DNA of 64,000 nucleotides from Actinomycetota bacterium (GCA_020052375.1 JAGVPG010000002.1:30759-94758); one strand, 5' to 3'; numbered from the stretch's first letter, positions 29,520 through 39,703 are shown. A program made the numbers and translations. The notes: a model not told the origin generated them from the letters alone.

Positions 29520-30832
29520 TAGTGCACTATTACGGGGGTGCCGACGGGTGCCCAGCCGAATATGTATTCCGCGTTGCTTACGGTCACATTGACACATCCG
29601 TGCGACCTCACATGCCCGAATTCATCATGCCAGTAGGCGCCATGTATCGAATATCCTCCATAAAACCATAGGACAAACGGCACGTCGGGGATATAGTAGA
29701 ACTCGACAGCTTCCGGTGTGGTCCCCATCGGCGTGATCCTGTCTTTTGAATAGACCCTGAACTCGCCGGTCGGGGTATCATAGCCGGGTTTGCCAGACGA
29801 GATCAGACATGTGAAAACAGGCGTACCGCCTTCCAGTAGTGTCAACGTCTGCGCGCTCAGGTTGATGTCTATCGCTTTATAAGTACCTGTCGTAAAGATA
29901 CTTGCCTTATCTCCTTCGACATAACTCCCACTGGCGCCCTTCAACCCGTCCGGCCCGCTCTTGATCGTGACCGTCACGTCCGTTTCAAAGTCCCAGGGAG
30001 TCGCCGGGATGAATTGAAGTTGGTTCGGTGACTGCCATGTCAGATCGCCGGGTACTGGAGGATCCGTTAGAAATATATTGTTACCCGCCACTATCTGCGG
30101 ATTCGTAACGGCCTCTCCGAAAGTCACTATGATCCCGGTCGAACGGCTGACACCGCGGCTCCCATATCCGGGGTCGAACTCCACGCCCAAAGGTGTGGTC
30201 GTTGCGACTTTCTGCATGAATCCGGGGTTGTGCTTCTTGAGATGAAAACCGTTTACCCCGATAGCGTCCGTGATCTTCAAGTCGTATTGCTGCCCCTGGA
30301 CGTAGTTCCTGATCGTCACCTTGCTGACTTCGCCACCCTTATCGAGCTCTCCAAAACTGTCGAGCTCGGGAGGCAATTCATATTTGAACGCCTTTAGCGG
30401 GATATTCCACTTGATCTCTATGGCCGCACCCTTCTTTACCACGATCGGCGACTCCGATATAAGGGGTTTTGGTGTTGTCGCCGTAAGGAAGACAAGGGTC
30501 TTTTCAATGGTCTTGCCGTTGTAGCCCTTGACGATGATGTCTACGATGTATCTGGTGTCGGTCTCGAGTTTCCTATTACCGTTTACGAACAGCATTCCGG
30601 AGTGATCTATGTTTGCTTTTACCGGGGCTCCATTTGCCCTTACATCCAGTTTCAGAAGCTTGGTACCCATCCCGCCTATTTCTATTTCAACGCCGCGTCC
30701 GGGCGAGACTTCCATCGCGTAATTAGCCGGTGTGCTGGTTATATACGGCGTGACGGAGCAACCCCCGAAAACAAGGAGTGACGGGACAAATAAGAGTGTT
30801 AGGATGACAAAAAACTTTGTAATAACTTTCAT
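29516..30832 (-). CDS. lipoprotein with C-terminal L,D-transpeptidase (YkuD) domain
   Basis: Lipobox LLVFGGCS. C-terminal catalytic region FRVYSK...YSIHGAYW...SHGCVNV (His/Cys active site of LDTs). Confidence 0.85.
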   Translation of the reverse strand: MKVITKFFVILTLLFVPSLLVFGGCSVTPYITSTPANYAMEVSPGRGVEIEIGGMGTKLLKLDVRANGAPVKANIDHSGMLFVNGNRKLETDTRYIVDIIVKGYNGKTIEKTLVFLTATTPKPLISESPIVVKKGAAIEIKWNIPLKAFKYELPPELDSFGELDKGGEVSKVTIRNYVQGQQYDLKITDAIGVNGFHLKKHNPGFMQKVATTTPLGVEFDPGYGSRGVSRSTGIIVTFGEAVTNPQIVAGNNIFLTDPPVPGDLTWQSPNQLQFIPATPWDFETDVTVTIKSGPDGLKGASGSYVEGDKASIFTTGTYKAIDINLSAQTLTLLEGGTPVFTCLISSGKPGYDTPTGEFRVYSKDRITPMGTTPEAVEFYYIPDVPFVLWFYGGYSIHGAYWHDEFGHVRSHGCVNVTVSNAEYIFGWAPVGTPVIVHY

Positions 30833-31048
30833 ATGTCCTCTAAGCTCGTCTGTTAACTTAATTATAGAGGGTTTATCGGAAGAAAGGGAACTGACGTTTA
30901 GGTCACTAGAAGAGTCTTTCTCTTAGATTGCTTCGGCTGTTCTAACGAACAGCCTCGCAACGACAACTTTGGTTGTCGGGTCGGCGGCTACAAATGCTTC
31001 ATCACTTTTTTTCCTGCGGTTCTTTCTTCCTCCTTCCTCTCTTCTGCG

Positions 31049-32380
31049 CTAATAATGCACTATGACAGGGGTGTTCACAGGCGCCCAATCATATATCCAG
31101 CCGGCGTTACTGACCGAAACATTGACGCATCCGTGAGATCGAGGGTATCCGTAAGAGTCGCTCCAGTAACAACCGTGAATGGCGTGGCCGCCATAGAACC
31201 AGTTGACATAGGGCACATCCGTCACAAGATATGTCTCTCCCATATCAGGCGTATTGCGCATGTCCGTATACCGTTCTTTGTCGTATATCCTGTAATTACC
31301 CGCGGGCGTGCTGTAACCTGACTTCCCGGTAGCGCACAGGCACGAAAACACCTCGACGCCTTCCTCATAGCAGACAATAGTCTGGTTGCTTAGATCTATG
31401 TCGATCAGTTTAAGGGGAGCCGTTTCGAAGGATGTCGTATAAGTCCTATTGATATAGTTGCCGCTTGCCCCCACCAAGCTGCTCGTTCCACGTTTGAGCG
31501 AGACTTTGACTTCCTGGTCATAGTCCCATTTGCCCTTCGGCACGAATTTGAACTGGTTCGCCGATAGCCAGGCGATGTCACCGTCCATCTCCGGCTCGAC
31601 TGAAAGGGCCTTTACCGCGTTTTCGGGATTCGCGATATCTTCGTTGAACGTTACTGTGATCTCGGTACCCCTTGGCACCCTGATAGAACCTTCCGGGGGG
31701 CTTATTTCGATACCCAGGGGACTGGTGGTCGCGATCTTCTGCACATAACCGCCCGGGACCGGTCTCATGCGTTTACCGGACACCGAGGTCGCATCCTTTA
31801 TTTTAAGGTCTATGTATTGTTCCTGTTCATAGTTTACGAGCCTGATCATGCAGGTCGTACAATCCCCGTTATAAGAGACTCTGCTCTGAACGCCCGGCGG
31901 CAGTTCATATGTGATCCCTCTTACCGGCATGTTCCATTTGATGACTATGCCCTCGTCGTACCTTACGCGTCTTTCCACCGGAGATATCTCCGGGATGGGT
32001 GTTCTGTAAGTCTGAAACGTAAACCGCCGGTAGGCGTGCCTGTCTTGGATTCCGGCCAGCCATACTTTGACCTCGTATAATGTATTGGTATCCAGCGTTT
32101 TCTTCTTGTTTATCTGGAGGTATCCGTCTTCATCGACCCCGACAGTCGCCGGCTGTTTTTGCGCGGTCGCTTCCAGTTTCTCGATCCGCGCGCCGATACC
32201 GCTCGTCACGAGACGAGCACCATCGACCGGGTCTACTTCGTTTGAGTTCTTAGTTACTATAAGTCTGGCAGAAGGTCCTATCAGGTCACATCCACTGATG
32301 AAGCCCGTTAGCGCGAGGATCAGTATCAAGGGACCGGTTGTTAATAGGAGTTTCAAACGCAATTGCATATTCTCATCCAC
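31049..32380 (-). CDS. lipoprotein with C-terminal L,D-transpeptidase (YkuD) domain (paralog)
   Basis: Lipobox GFISGCDL. C-terminus YRIYDK...HAIHGCYW...SHGCVNV, colinear with the preceding gene. Confidence 0.85.
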   Translation of the reverse strand: MDENMQLRLKLLLTTGPLILILALTGFISGCDLIGPSARLIVTKNSNEVDPVDGARLVTSGIGARIEKLEATAQKQPATVGVDEDGYLQINKKKTLDTNTLYEVKVWLAGIQDRHAYRRFTFQTYRTPIPEISPVERRVRYDEGIVIKWNMPVRGITYELPPGVQSRVSYNGDCTTCMIRLVNYEQEQYIDLKIKDATSVSGKRMRPVPGGYVQKIATTSPLGIEISPPEGSIRVPRGTEITVTFNEDIANPENAVKALSVEPEMDGDIAWLSANQFKFVPKGKWDYDQEVKVSLKRGTSSLVGASGNYINRTYTTSFETAPLKLIDIDLSNQTIVCYEEGVEVFSCLCATGKSGYSTPAGNYRIYDKERYTDMRNTPDMGETYLVTDVPYVNWFYGGHAIHGCYWSDSYGYPRSHGCVNVSVSNAGWIYDWAPVNTPVIVHY

Positions 32381-32440
32381 CGAAAGAGCTTTAAGTTTAT
32401 ACTAAGGACATTCTATCGCAAGTCTCGTGACTATCTCAAG

Positions 32441-32947
32441 CTAGAAGATCTCTGTTCCGCAATAAGGACAGGTCGCTTTCAGTTTACCGCCGACATCGAC
32501 CTGCGCATTGCAGTTCGGACATGGTTTGAGGTATGGAAACGTGGGTTTTTCATCTTTTTTTTCCGGCACAGGGTCAAACGGTTTATCTATATCCTCGGCG
32601 CCCTCGATTATCCCGTCCACGTTAAAAGCGGATAGGAATCTGTCGCTCATGGCCGCCCCTAAACATATTTCCGAACCGCACGCGTCGCACTTCTTCGTGC
32701 CTCTCGGGGTCGTCTTAAGAACACTACCGCATGCCGGACAGTTGGCTTTTTCTATATCCATGTCCGTCCGCGGGTAAACAGTCTGTTCGTCCCAGTTGAT
32801 ATACCCGGTGAACAGCTTCTTCGTGACCAGATGGCGGACCCGCTCGCGTGCTTCTTGTTCCGAGACGCCCAGTCCATCCCCGATCTCGGCAAAACTCATC
32901 TCCCGTCGCCTTGTTAGTAGTTGAAGTAGCTTCTGATCCCTGTTCAT
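32441..32947 (-). CDS. winged-HTH plus double zinc-ribbon protein
   Basis: N-terminal HTH (FAEIGDGLGVSEQEARERVRHLV), two CxxC...CxxC ribbons and a C-terminal CPYCGTEIF. Paralogous to 33496..34056. Confidence 0.6.
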   Translation of the reverse strand: MNRDQKLLQLLTRRREMSFAEIGDGLGVSEQEARERVRHLVTKKLFTGYINWDEQTVYPRTDMDIEKANCPACGSVLKTTPRGTKKCDACGSEICLGAAMSDRFLSAFNVDGIIEGAEDIDKPFDPVPEKKDEKPTFPYLKPCPNCNAQVDVGGKLKATCPYCGTEIF

Positions 32948-33352
32948 CGACCTCTCCCTTCAGTCCTAATGTCGGCAAACACACCCCCATCCTTGAACAA
33001 CGAACAGTGAACAGGGTGAATGAAGAGCAAGTCGCGAGCAGCAAGTAGTGAATGGTGAAAAGGTGGATCAATACTTGCTCTTATTAACCTTATTCTCACT
33101 GTTCTCTTATTCTCTTTGTTTACCTATCATACATGGGAGCAGGAGGACATTGTTCATAAGAGCGACTTTTAGAAGCGACCTTGGGCTTTGTGAGTAATCT
33201 GCCAGGTCGGTGGATATGCTTTTCTCTTAGTTTGCTTCGTCACGCTGGCAACCATTGTTCCTCGCAACGACACCGTTTGCCTGTGCTTTTTACCTTTTTC
33301 TAAACAATGTGCATTGTGCAAGCAGGAGACGAAAAACAACACATTATACATA

Positions 33353-33452
33353 CTGTGTCCGGGGAGGTTGAAGAATTCTTCGAGCGTGACTAAAACAAGT
33401 ACAAACGAGGTCTAAGCGAGAAGATTTGCTTCAACCTAGCCCGGGCACACAC
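33353..33452 (+). repeat. second copy of the long GGGGAGGTTGAAGAATTCTTCGAGCG...CTTCAACCT.GCCCGGGCACACAC hairpin element
   Basis: Both arms share long blocks with 25424..25503. Followed by CTTTTCTTGTCTTT. Sits 3' of the minus-strand gene ending at 33496. Confidence 0.6.
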
Positions 33453-33495
33453 TTTTCTTGTCTTTCGCCGACTGCGAGGACTCACTTTTTACTTG

Positions 33496-34056
33496 CTACA
33501 TGAAGATCTCGCTGCCGCAGTAGGGGCACTTCACTGTGCCTTTGCCTGCAAGCTCAAGTTCTCCGCCGCAGTTGGGGCATTTGTGCTGGGGTATGTCTTT
33601 GGCTTCTTGGGATTGGATGATCCCGCCCTGCCAGTCCACATAGCCGGTAAAAAGTCGCTTGCCTACAAGGTCATAGATATAGGCTATTGCCTGGTCACGT
33701 GTTATATTAAGCTCATATGCCACGTCCGCGATCCGTAGCTTGCCTCGCGTTTCGATCATGTTGAGGATCTTCTGTTCTTTTTCGACTTCGAAGCTTACTT
33801 GCTCTTCTTTCTTTCCGCTGATCACAAAGTACATACCCGCGCCGGCTATAAGTAATGCGAGCAGAATGGCCGGACCCTCGCATATCATGAAACCGCCTGC
33901 CTTCAACGTTCCGTTCAGGAGGTTGGGCAACAACATCACAGCGGGAACAACAGCCAGGGCGACCGAAAAGACTATCAAGATAACGCCGATCAATTTACCA
34001 CGAACCGGAACCACCCCCGCCGCCTCCGCCGCCGCTGAAACCGCCTCCGCCGCCAA
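33496..34056 (-). CDS. membrane-anchored HTH plus zinc-ribbon protein (start uncertain)
   Basis: TM helix (LLALLIAGAGMYFVI), HTH (RIADVAYELNITRDQAIAYIYDLV), and KRLFTGYVDWQGG with a terminal CPNCGG...KCPYCGSEIF shared with 32441..32947. The first 20 codons overlap the upstream gene, so the true start is probably an internal Met. Confidence 0.55.
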   Translation of the reverse strand: MAAEAVSAAAEAAGVVPVRGKLIGVILIVFSVALAVVPAVMLLPNLLNGTLKAGGFMICEGPAILLALLIAGAGMYFVISGKKEEQVSFEVEKEQKILNMIETRGKLRIADVAYELNITRDQAIAYIYDLVGKRLFTGYVDWQGGIIQSQEAKDIPQHKCPNCGGELELAGKGTVKCPYCGSEIFM

Positions 34057-35875
34057 AGCCGCCGCCTCCGCCGTCCGAGCTGGGTTGCGACGTCAAAACG
34101 GTGGCCGCTTCGTTAAGCGTCGAAACAAGGCCGTCGTTCATCTGATTCAAGTCGAAATCTCCCAACGGTCCTGATGAAACATCCCCTGTAGGCATCGCCT
34201 GCCCGGGGTTTTCGTTGTTCCAAGTGCGTTCAGCCCAGTCCCTGTCCGGATATCCGGGGTACCAGTAAGGAGCGAACCATATCGGCGGCATCACGCTTTC
34301 ACTGGCAAATGCCTGGGTAAAAACCCGTTCGAGTTTGAACGCCACGGCGTAGGGCATATATCTTTCGAATATCTCCTGCGCATTCCCTGTTTTCCCGTAT
34401 TTCTGAATGTTCTCGAGATAAACACGGAATGCCGTCCATCTGGCGTTGGCTTCGGCTCCCTTTTTAGTCTTCCGCGGCATGAGATACCCGAAGACTATTA
34501 TGATCCCGCCGCAGATGGCAGCCGCGATCGGCGGTGAAAAGAGGATGATGTTCTTAACACCCTCAACAGCGCCGATAAAATAGTCGCTGATCACACCGAT
34601 CGAACAGCATGCAAGCAACCCGCCGAACAGTACAACAGCCAATCCAAGGATCAAGAAGCGCCGCTTGATCACGGCCGGGGCTGTCTTGTAATAACCCATG
34701 TTGATGGATTCCTGTCCGATCATCTTCTTGATCTGTGGGATCTTGCTATAGAAGACGTTCTTGAAAGACGACAGGGATGCGGTCTGGCTGCCGGCGAAGA
34801 GATCGTTGATAAGCTGCAGTTCAAACGCTTTCAGATCTCCTTTATCACCCAGCCATTCGAACAGCGTATCATCAGGTCTCTTCCAGAACTTCAGATATCC
34901 CCGCCTGGCGAGATCTACTAGCGTCGCGTTTATATCCTTGACCTCAGTCTCTTCATAGACCACCTCACTGACAACAGCCGGAGGCGTATCATCCGGAGGC
35001 TCCGTTAAATACTCCGCCACCTGGGGTATATCTGCGTCCTTCCCCCATTTCCACCAGGTCACAAGCATTATGAGAAAAACAAACACGACCAAAAGAACGC
35101 TTATGCCCAGAGAGAGGATCATTCCCCAGCGCTCGCGCGTACGCCTTGCTTCAACATCTTTTTGATGCGCAAGGAGTTGTTTATCGACCGTTACATAGCC
35201 TTTCGGAAACTCGACACCCGCCCAGAAATGAGTATTCGGACCGAGATCCGTGCCGCTAAATCGCACCGTGCGTTTATCTGTCTGCTCTTTTTTTAAGTCC
35301 TGTCCGTCGGCATCAAGGCCGATCTGATCCTCTTTCAGTGTTATGTCTTCAGGAAGATGGATCGTGACGGACACCGCATCGATCGGTTTGTCTCTTTGCT
35401 CCGATATAGCTTTCCACTCTACGCGGTCGCTTTTATCATAGTAATAAAAACCACCTGTGACCTTGTAAGAAATGGAGAATGTCTTTTCTTCGTTCACCGC
35501 TCGGAACGAATATAGTATTTCAATATAGCTGGCGCCGTACCTGTAATCGGCTGCCTGGAAGATGCCGGGGTTGTTCACGGAGCCCCTTATCACGGTTCCC
35601 GGTATATAGGCCACCCCGTTCTCTGAGACCCTGATGTCCGAGAAACCCAGTACGTTGTCGCCGTAATAGATATCCCTGTAACTACCCGTAAAATCCCCGT
35701 CGAACTTCTGTGTAAGCGTCTCAACGACATTGAGTGTCGAGTCCTTGTTCACAGTCACATCGACGTCCCATTTTGTGTAGCGGTAGTCCTTGGCCAGTGC
35801 TGTCGACGTGGGATATAAGGAAAGACAGAGAGCTATGACGGTTATGAATAAAGCGGTCTTTACCCGCGAACTCAT
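33995..35875 (-). CDS. DUF2207-family membrane protein (signal peptide, extracytoplasmic domain, TM helices, Gly-rich C-tail)
   Basis: 626 aa with signal peptide, TM helices around residues 250 and 400-460, and a C-terminal GGGGGFGGGGGFSGGGGGGGGSGSW tail, as in DUF2207/YciQ-like proteins. Confidence 0.6.
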   Translation of the reverse strand: MSSRVKTALFITVIALCLSLYPTSTALAKDYRYTKWDVDVTVNKDSTLNVVETLTQKFDGDFTGSYRDIYYGDNVLGFSDIRVSENGVAYIPGTVIRGSVNNPGIFQAADYRYGASYIEILYSFRAVNEEKTFSISYKVTGGFYYYDKSDRVEWKAISEQRDKPIDAVSVTIHLPEDITLKEDQIGLDADGQDLKKEQTDKRTVRFSGTDLGPNTHFWAGVEFPKGYVTVDKQLLAHQKDVEARRTRERWGMILSLGISVLLVVFVFLIMLVTWWKWGKDADIPQVAEYLTEPPDDTPPAVVSEVVYEETEVKDINATLVDLARRGYLKFWKRPDDTLFEWLGDKGDLKAFELQLINDLFAGSQTASLSSFKNVFYSKIPQIKKMIGQESINMGYYKTAPAVIKRRFLILGLAVVLFGGLLACCSIGVISDYFIGAVEGVKNIILFSPPIAAAICGGIIIVFGYLMPRKTKKGAEANARWTAFRVYLENIQKYGKTGNAQEIFERYMPYAVAFKLERVFTQAFASESVMPPIWFAPYWYPGYPDRDWAERTWNNENPGQAMPTGDVSSGPLGDFDLNQMNDGLVSTLNEAATVLTSQPSSDGGGGGFGGGGGFSGGGGGGGGSGSW

Positions 35876-36933
35876 TTTTTCTGCTCTCCCGCCAGGGATG
35901 TCCCGTCGTCAGGACAGAACTTCGAACCTGCCGGCCAATCCTTACCGCATTTCGGGCATTTTACGGTCTCTGCCAGGTTTATGCCGCAATTAGGACAGAA
36001 TTTTGAGTCGGCCGGTATATCGTTCTTGCAGTTATGACATCTTATCTTCGGTTGCGCGCCTTGCTGCATCGCCTGACCGATCATTCCCGGCATCATCATG
36101 CCTAGTCCGGCTCCCATGCCAAGACCCATCCCTGCCGTCGCCGTTTCACCTGCGCCGCCTCCGCCACCGGCTCCACCGCCTTGCTGAGCGATGTCGCCCA
36201 TGGCTCGCGCGGCCTTGAACTGCATATATTGAGCCATTCCGCCGACCGCTTCCATGCCGCTTCTCTCGTCGATGACTTTTTGTACTTCTTCCGGCGGTGT
36301 TATCGCGTTGATCACGAAATCGACCGTTTCCAGACCATACTGAGCAAAATCATCCTTGACCCGCGCCTTCAGTCCCGCGGAAAGCTCGTCATAGTAACGC
36401 GGCAGGTCAAGCAGCGAATCCAGGGTGCTTCCCAGTAGATCGTTCAGACGCCCGACGATAAAACCGCGAAGGAAATCCTGTATATCGCTTGTATGGTATA
36501 TACCCTGCGTGGCGACGATCTTGTTGACGAACAATTGCGCGTCGGTGATCTGTATCGAAAACATGCCGTGCGCTCGAAGCCGGATCATCTTGAACTCACT
36601 GTCCCTGAATACTATGGGTTCCGCGGTCCCCCATTTCTGGTTGGTAAAGACCTGGCGGCTGACAAAGTAGACCTCCGCCCTGAACGGACTGTCCCCGAAC
36701 AGCGGGTCAGCGACCATTGCCGTGAGGATCGGTATGTTCAAGGTCGTGATCGTGTGCCTTCCCGGACCGAATACATCCAACGCTTTGCCGTCGCGGAAGA
36801 ACACTGCCCACTGGTTCTCCCTGACAATCAGCTGAGCCCCCCATTTGATGGCGGCAGAACCCTCCTCCGGATATCTGTGGCACATCGATTGGCCCGTTTG
36901 GTCTAAATATTCGATAAGATCGATGATTGGCAT
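35872..36933 (-). CDS. SPFH/band-7 (COG4260, YdjI-like) domain fused to a C-terminal double zinc ribbon
   Basis: N-terminal region (GAQLIVRENQWAVFFRDGKALDVFGPGRHTITTLNIPILTAM) resembles B. subtilis YdjI-type SPFH proteins. Gly/Met-rich linker, then CHNCKNDIPADSKFCPNCG and CPKCGKDWPAGSKFCPDDG. Confidence 0.6.
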   Translation of the reverse strand: MPIIDLIEYLDQTGQSMCHRYPEEGSAAIKWGAQLIVRENQWAVFFRDGKALDVFGPGRHTITTLNIPILTAMVADPLFGDSPFRAEVYFVSRQVFTNQKWGTAEPIVFRDSEFKMIRLRAHGMFSIQITDAQLFVNKIVATQGIYHTSDIQDFLRGFIVGRLNDLLGSTLDSLLDLPRYYDELSAGLKARVKDDFAQYGLETVDFVINAITPPEEVQKVIDERSGMEAVGGMAQYMQFKAARAMGDIAQQGGGAGGGGGAGETATAGMGLGMGAGLGMMMPGMIGQAMQQGAQPKIRCHNCKNDIPADSKFCPNCGINLAETVKCPKCGKDWPAGSKFCPDDGTSLAGEQKK

Positions 36934-37443
36934 CTATCGCACCCCCATAATGACTTTTTCTCTCTCGTCAAAGCGACTGTCAAGTTCCTCGATCGCTTTG
37001 TCCAGGTCGGCTAAGGCTTGTGTCTTGTCTCCCATTGAAGACAGCTTGCTCCCAGCATCCTTGATCTGCTTGACAAGCGCTGCGAGCGAAAGGTCGAATT
37101 GATATAGCATGTCAAGCTCCTGCTCTTGTATCTTAAAAGCGTCGAAGAAACCGGCATATCCGTAGTCCGCCAGGCGTATTCTATCGGCAACCGTGCGGAG
37201 CTTCCGCTCCACCCGGTCGATATCCGCCAACGCTTCAAGCTTTCCTTCACCGGTCAGGCTGAGCGCCAGCTTTCCGACATCCGAGACCGCCGTTCTTAAT
37301 TCCGCGTAGAGAAAATCCCTGTTCTGCTTATCGGCGTCCCTGCGTTTCTCCTGTTGCTGGTACTGACTGTAACCAGGTATCATACCCGCCAGCTGTTCTA
37401 GAATGCGGCGACGCTCTTCGATCTTCGCTTGCATGTCATTCAT
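36934..37443 (-). CDS. all-helical coiled-coil protein (no recognised family)
   Basis: 169 aa, heptad-rich and charged. First gene of the minus-strand operon 37443 to 33496. Confidence 0.4.
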   Translation of the reverse strand: MNDMQAKIEERRRILEQLAGMIPGYSQYQQQEKRRDADKQNRDFLYAELRTAVSDVGKLALSLTGEGKLEALADIDRVERKLRTVADRIRLADYGYAGFFDAFKIQEQELDMLYQFDLSLAALVKQIKDAGSKLSSMGDKTQALADLDKAIEELDSRFDEREKVIMGVR

Positions 37444-37542
37444 AGATTGCCTCCCCCGTTTTAGGTGGTCAGGTTACGTTTATCATATAAGAGGATGTAT
37501 ATGATGTAAAGGAAATAAAGGAGTTAGGGGATGTATAGGAGA

Positions 37543-37827
37543 TTAACTCTTAGGGCGAAGGACTGCCGACGCGGTCATAACGAAATACACTGCCGTGCCT
37601 AACAGGAAAAATGTCAAGAAGCCGATCTTCGCCAGGCTGGGGCTTGATTGAAAGACAACAAAGGCGACTAGCGGTAAGACAAGGAAGACGGATAAAAAAT
37701 AGATCAGGGTCCGACGGATCAGATACCGGTCGCCCATGCCGTACTTCCGGGCGAGTAAAAGCATGATCAAACAGGGAACAGAGATCATAGCCCAAAAGAC
37801 CAGTAGTCTGACCGCATCCGATTGCAT
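37543..37827 (-). CDS. small membrane protein (3 TM)
   Basis: 94 aa hydrophobic ORF. Confidence 0.4.
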   Translation of the reverse strand: MQSDAVRLLVFWAMISVPCLIMLLLARKYGMGDRYLIRRTLIYFLSVFLVLPLVAFVVFQSSPSLAKIGFLTFFLLGTAVYFVMTASAVLRPKS

Positions 37828-37979
37828 ATTGAAAAAGCCGCTCCTGTCCTTAAAGAGTTACAAAATCATACATACTATAGCATTCCAATAGGGGAAAATA
37901 AAGCAAGAAATTGACAGTCCAGACGGAATTGTGTTATATAGGTCGAAAACTTGAATGCAGTTTGGAGGGGGGTGGAAAA

Positions 37980-38372
37980 ATGCTGGCATTACTATTTCTT
38001 CTACAAAACGAGGCTAGCGACGCGGCAGGTCAAGCGGCTGCATCTGCTCTTTGCGGAGGCTTCGGCCTTCTTTATTTTGCATGTATAGGCCTGGCTGTAC
38101 TCTTTGGGATCGCCGTCCTTGTGTTCTGGATCATGATGCTGATCGACTGTATCCAGAGAGACGAGGCCGACTTCCCGGGCTCTACGGGCAACTCCAAGAC
38201 TATGTGGCTGGTCATCCTGCTTGCCTCTTGGCTGATAAGCGCTAACTGGCTGGCGGCGATCATCTACTATTTCATGGTCAAGAGGAAGGCACAGTCGACA
38301 CCGCCCAAGACTCCGGAACCACCGGCGACTCCCCCACCGTCCAATGAAGAACCGCCGGCGCCGGGCATGTAA
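37980..38372 (+). CDS. PLDc_N-like small membrane protein with Pro-rich tail (paralog A)
   Basis: ATG at 37980 follows the SD GGAGGGGGG. Core [36 protein letters not shown]...YYFMVKRK, then a [22 protein letters not shown] tail. Confidence 0.6.
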   Translation: MLALLFLLQNEASDAAGQAAASALCGGFGLLYFACIGLAVLFGIAVLVFWIMMLIDCIQRDEADFPGSTGNSKTMWLVILLASWLISANWLAAIIYYFMVKRKAQSTPPKTPEPPATPPPSNEEPPAPGM

Positions 38373-38432
38373 CACGCACGGCATAAAAGAAGATATTGTT
38401 CTTAAAGTAAAAAGAGCCCTTAAACAGCTTGT

Positions 38433-38804
38433 TTAGGGGCTCTTTTTCTCGACCAGGTTTAGAACGATCCCGCCGGACATAAGCGCTATCAGGTTGTATA
38501 TGGCAGCACCTATAGCAGCGACGGCGGCGTAGAAGACCGATGATATAAGGCCGATTATGAATACGATGATGAAGCTTAAAAGCCCGCCCCCCAGCATGCC
38601 CGTCACTGTCGATACCTGTTTGTTTGCTTCAGTCATGGCTGTGCCGAAGAGAGCGAATACCACGAAGATGAGCCCCGTAAAGATCATGAATACAAGGAAG
38701 AAGAGCAGGTAGTAGATAAGCGTGAATTTAAAAACAGACCATACACCGATAGACTTCACGGCTTGTCTGGCCATGATGACCCCCCTCGATTGACGCATAG
38801 ACAA
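38433..38804 (-). CDS. small polytopic membrane protein
   Basis: 123 aa, three long hydrophobic helices. Confidence 0.4.
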   Translation of the reverse strand: MSMRQSRGVIMARQAVKSIGVWSVFKFTLIYYLLFFLVFMIFTGLIFVVFALFGTAMTEANKQVSTVTGMLGGGLLSFIIVFIIGLISSVFYAAVAAIGAAIYNLIALMSGGIVLNLVEKKSP

Positions 38805-38890
38805 TCATTGCTCCCAAAAGACCAGCAGTTCTACCGGTTGCCGCCTCCTTCAAGAGCAACGATTGAATATGTGAGTGATTTACGGACGTA

Positions 38891-39205
38891 TTATTCCATC
38901 TGGTTCTTGGCTAGACCGTAGATCACGGGCACTTCGAAATAGTTGCCGTTGTACGCCTGGATCGCATAATAGATCTGCAGTATGAAGATGATGATCCAGC
39001 CGACGCCAAAGGTTATAAAGCTTACAACGATCGCCGCGATGCCCAAGTAAAAGGCCTGCCAAGCATGAAACTTGACAAAAGGATCCGTTTTACCCGGCTC
39101 GATCATGGCGATTATTATCGCCAGCCACCCCAAGATATAGCAAAGGGCCGCCAGCATCTTGTTCGTGTCGCTTTGAGGAGCCGGCCTTCCTGCCGTTTGT
39201 TCCAT
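38891..39205 (-). CDS. DUF4870-like membrane protein (paralog A)
   Basis: LAALCYILGWLAIIIAMIE...KFHAWQAFYLG motif. Confidence 0.5.
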   Translation of the reverse strand: MEQTAGRPAPQSDTNKMLAALCYILGWLAIIIAMIEPGKTDPFVKFHAWQAFYLGIAAIVVSFITFGVGWIIIFILQIYYAIQAYNGNYFEVPVIYGLAKNQME

Positions 39206-39307
39206 AGTAACACCTCCTTCTCGAGCCTAAGAACTTCCTAGTATGCATCGTTTAAGAAACTTAGCATTGCCCCGCCCGATAAGAACGGGGCGATGCTAGT
39301 GACTTCC

Positions 39308-39703
39308 TTAAACTACAGGTGGTGTTGAAGTCGGTGGTGGCGGTGGTGCTGCCGGTGGCGACGATACCGCCTTCTTCTTGACCATGAAGTAGTACGCGAT
39401 CGCTGCTACCCAATAAAATCCGATCAACCATCCAACCAGGAGAACTGCCAGCCAAATAGTCTTGGTATTGCCGGTCGAGCCGGGGAATTCGTTCTCTTGC
39501 CGCTTGATGCAATCGACGAGCATGATGATCCAAAAGATAAAGAAGGCAAGAAAGACGATCAGCACCAGTCCGTAACAAACAAGCATGCCGATCGCAAGCC
39601 CCGCTCCGGCCGCATCGCTCGATGTGCTTTGCGCCAGGGCTGGAGTTGCCGCAACTGCACCAAGCATACCACCCAATAAAGCAGCTACGTGTCTTGTTTT
39701 CAT
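39308..39703 (-). CDS. PLDc_N-like small membrane protein with signal peptide and Pro-rich tail (paralog B)
   Basis: IIMLVDCIKRQENEFPGSTGNTKTIWLAVLLVGWLI...YYFMVKKK, then a PPAAPPPPPTSTPP tail. Nearly the same core as paralog A. Confidence 0.6.
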   Translation of the reverse strand: MKTRHVAALLGGMLGAVAATPALAQSTSSDAAGAGLAIGMLVCYGLVLIVFLAFFIFWIIMLVDCIKRQENEFPGSTGNTKTIWLAVLLVGWLIGFYWVAAIAYYFMVKKKAVSSPPAAPPPPPTSTPPVV

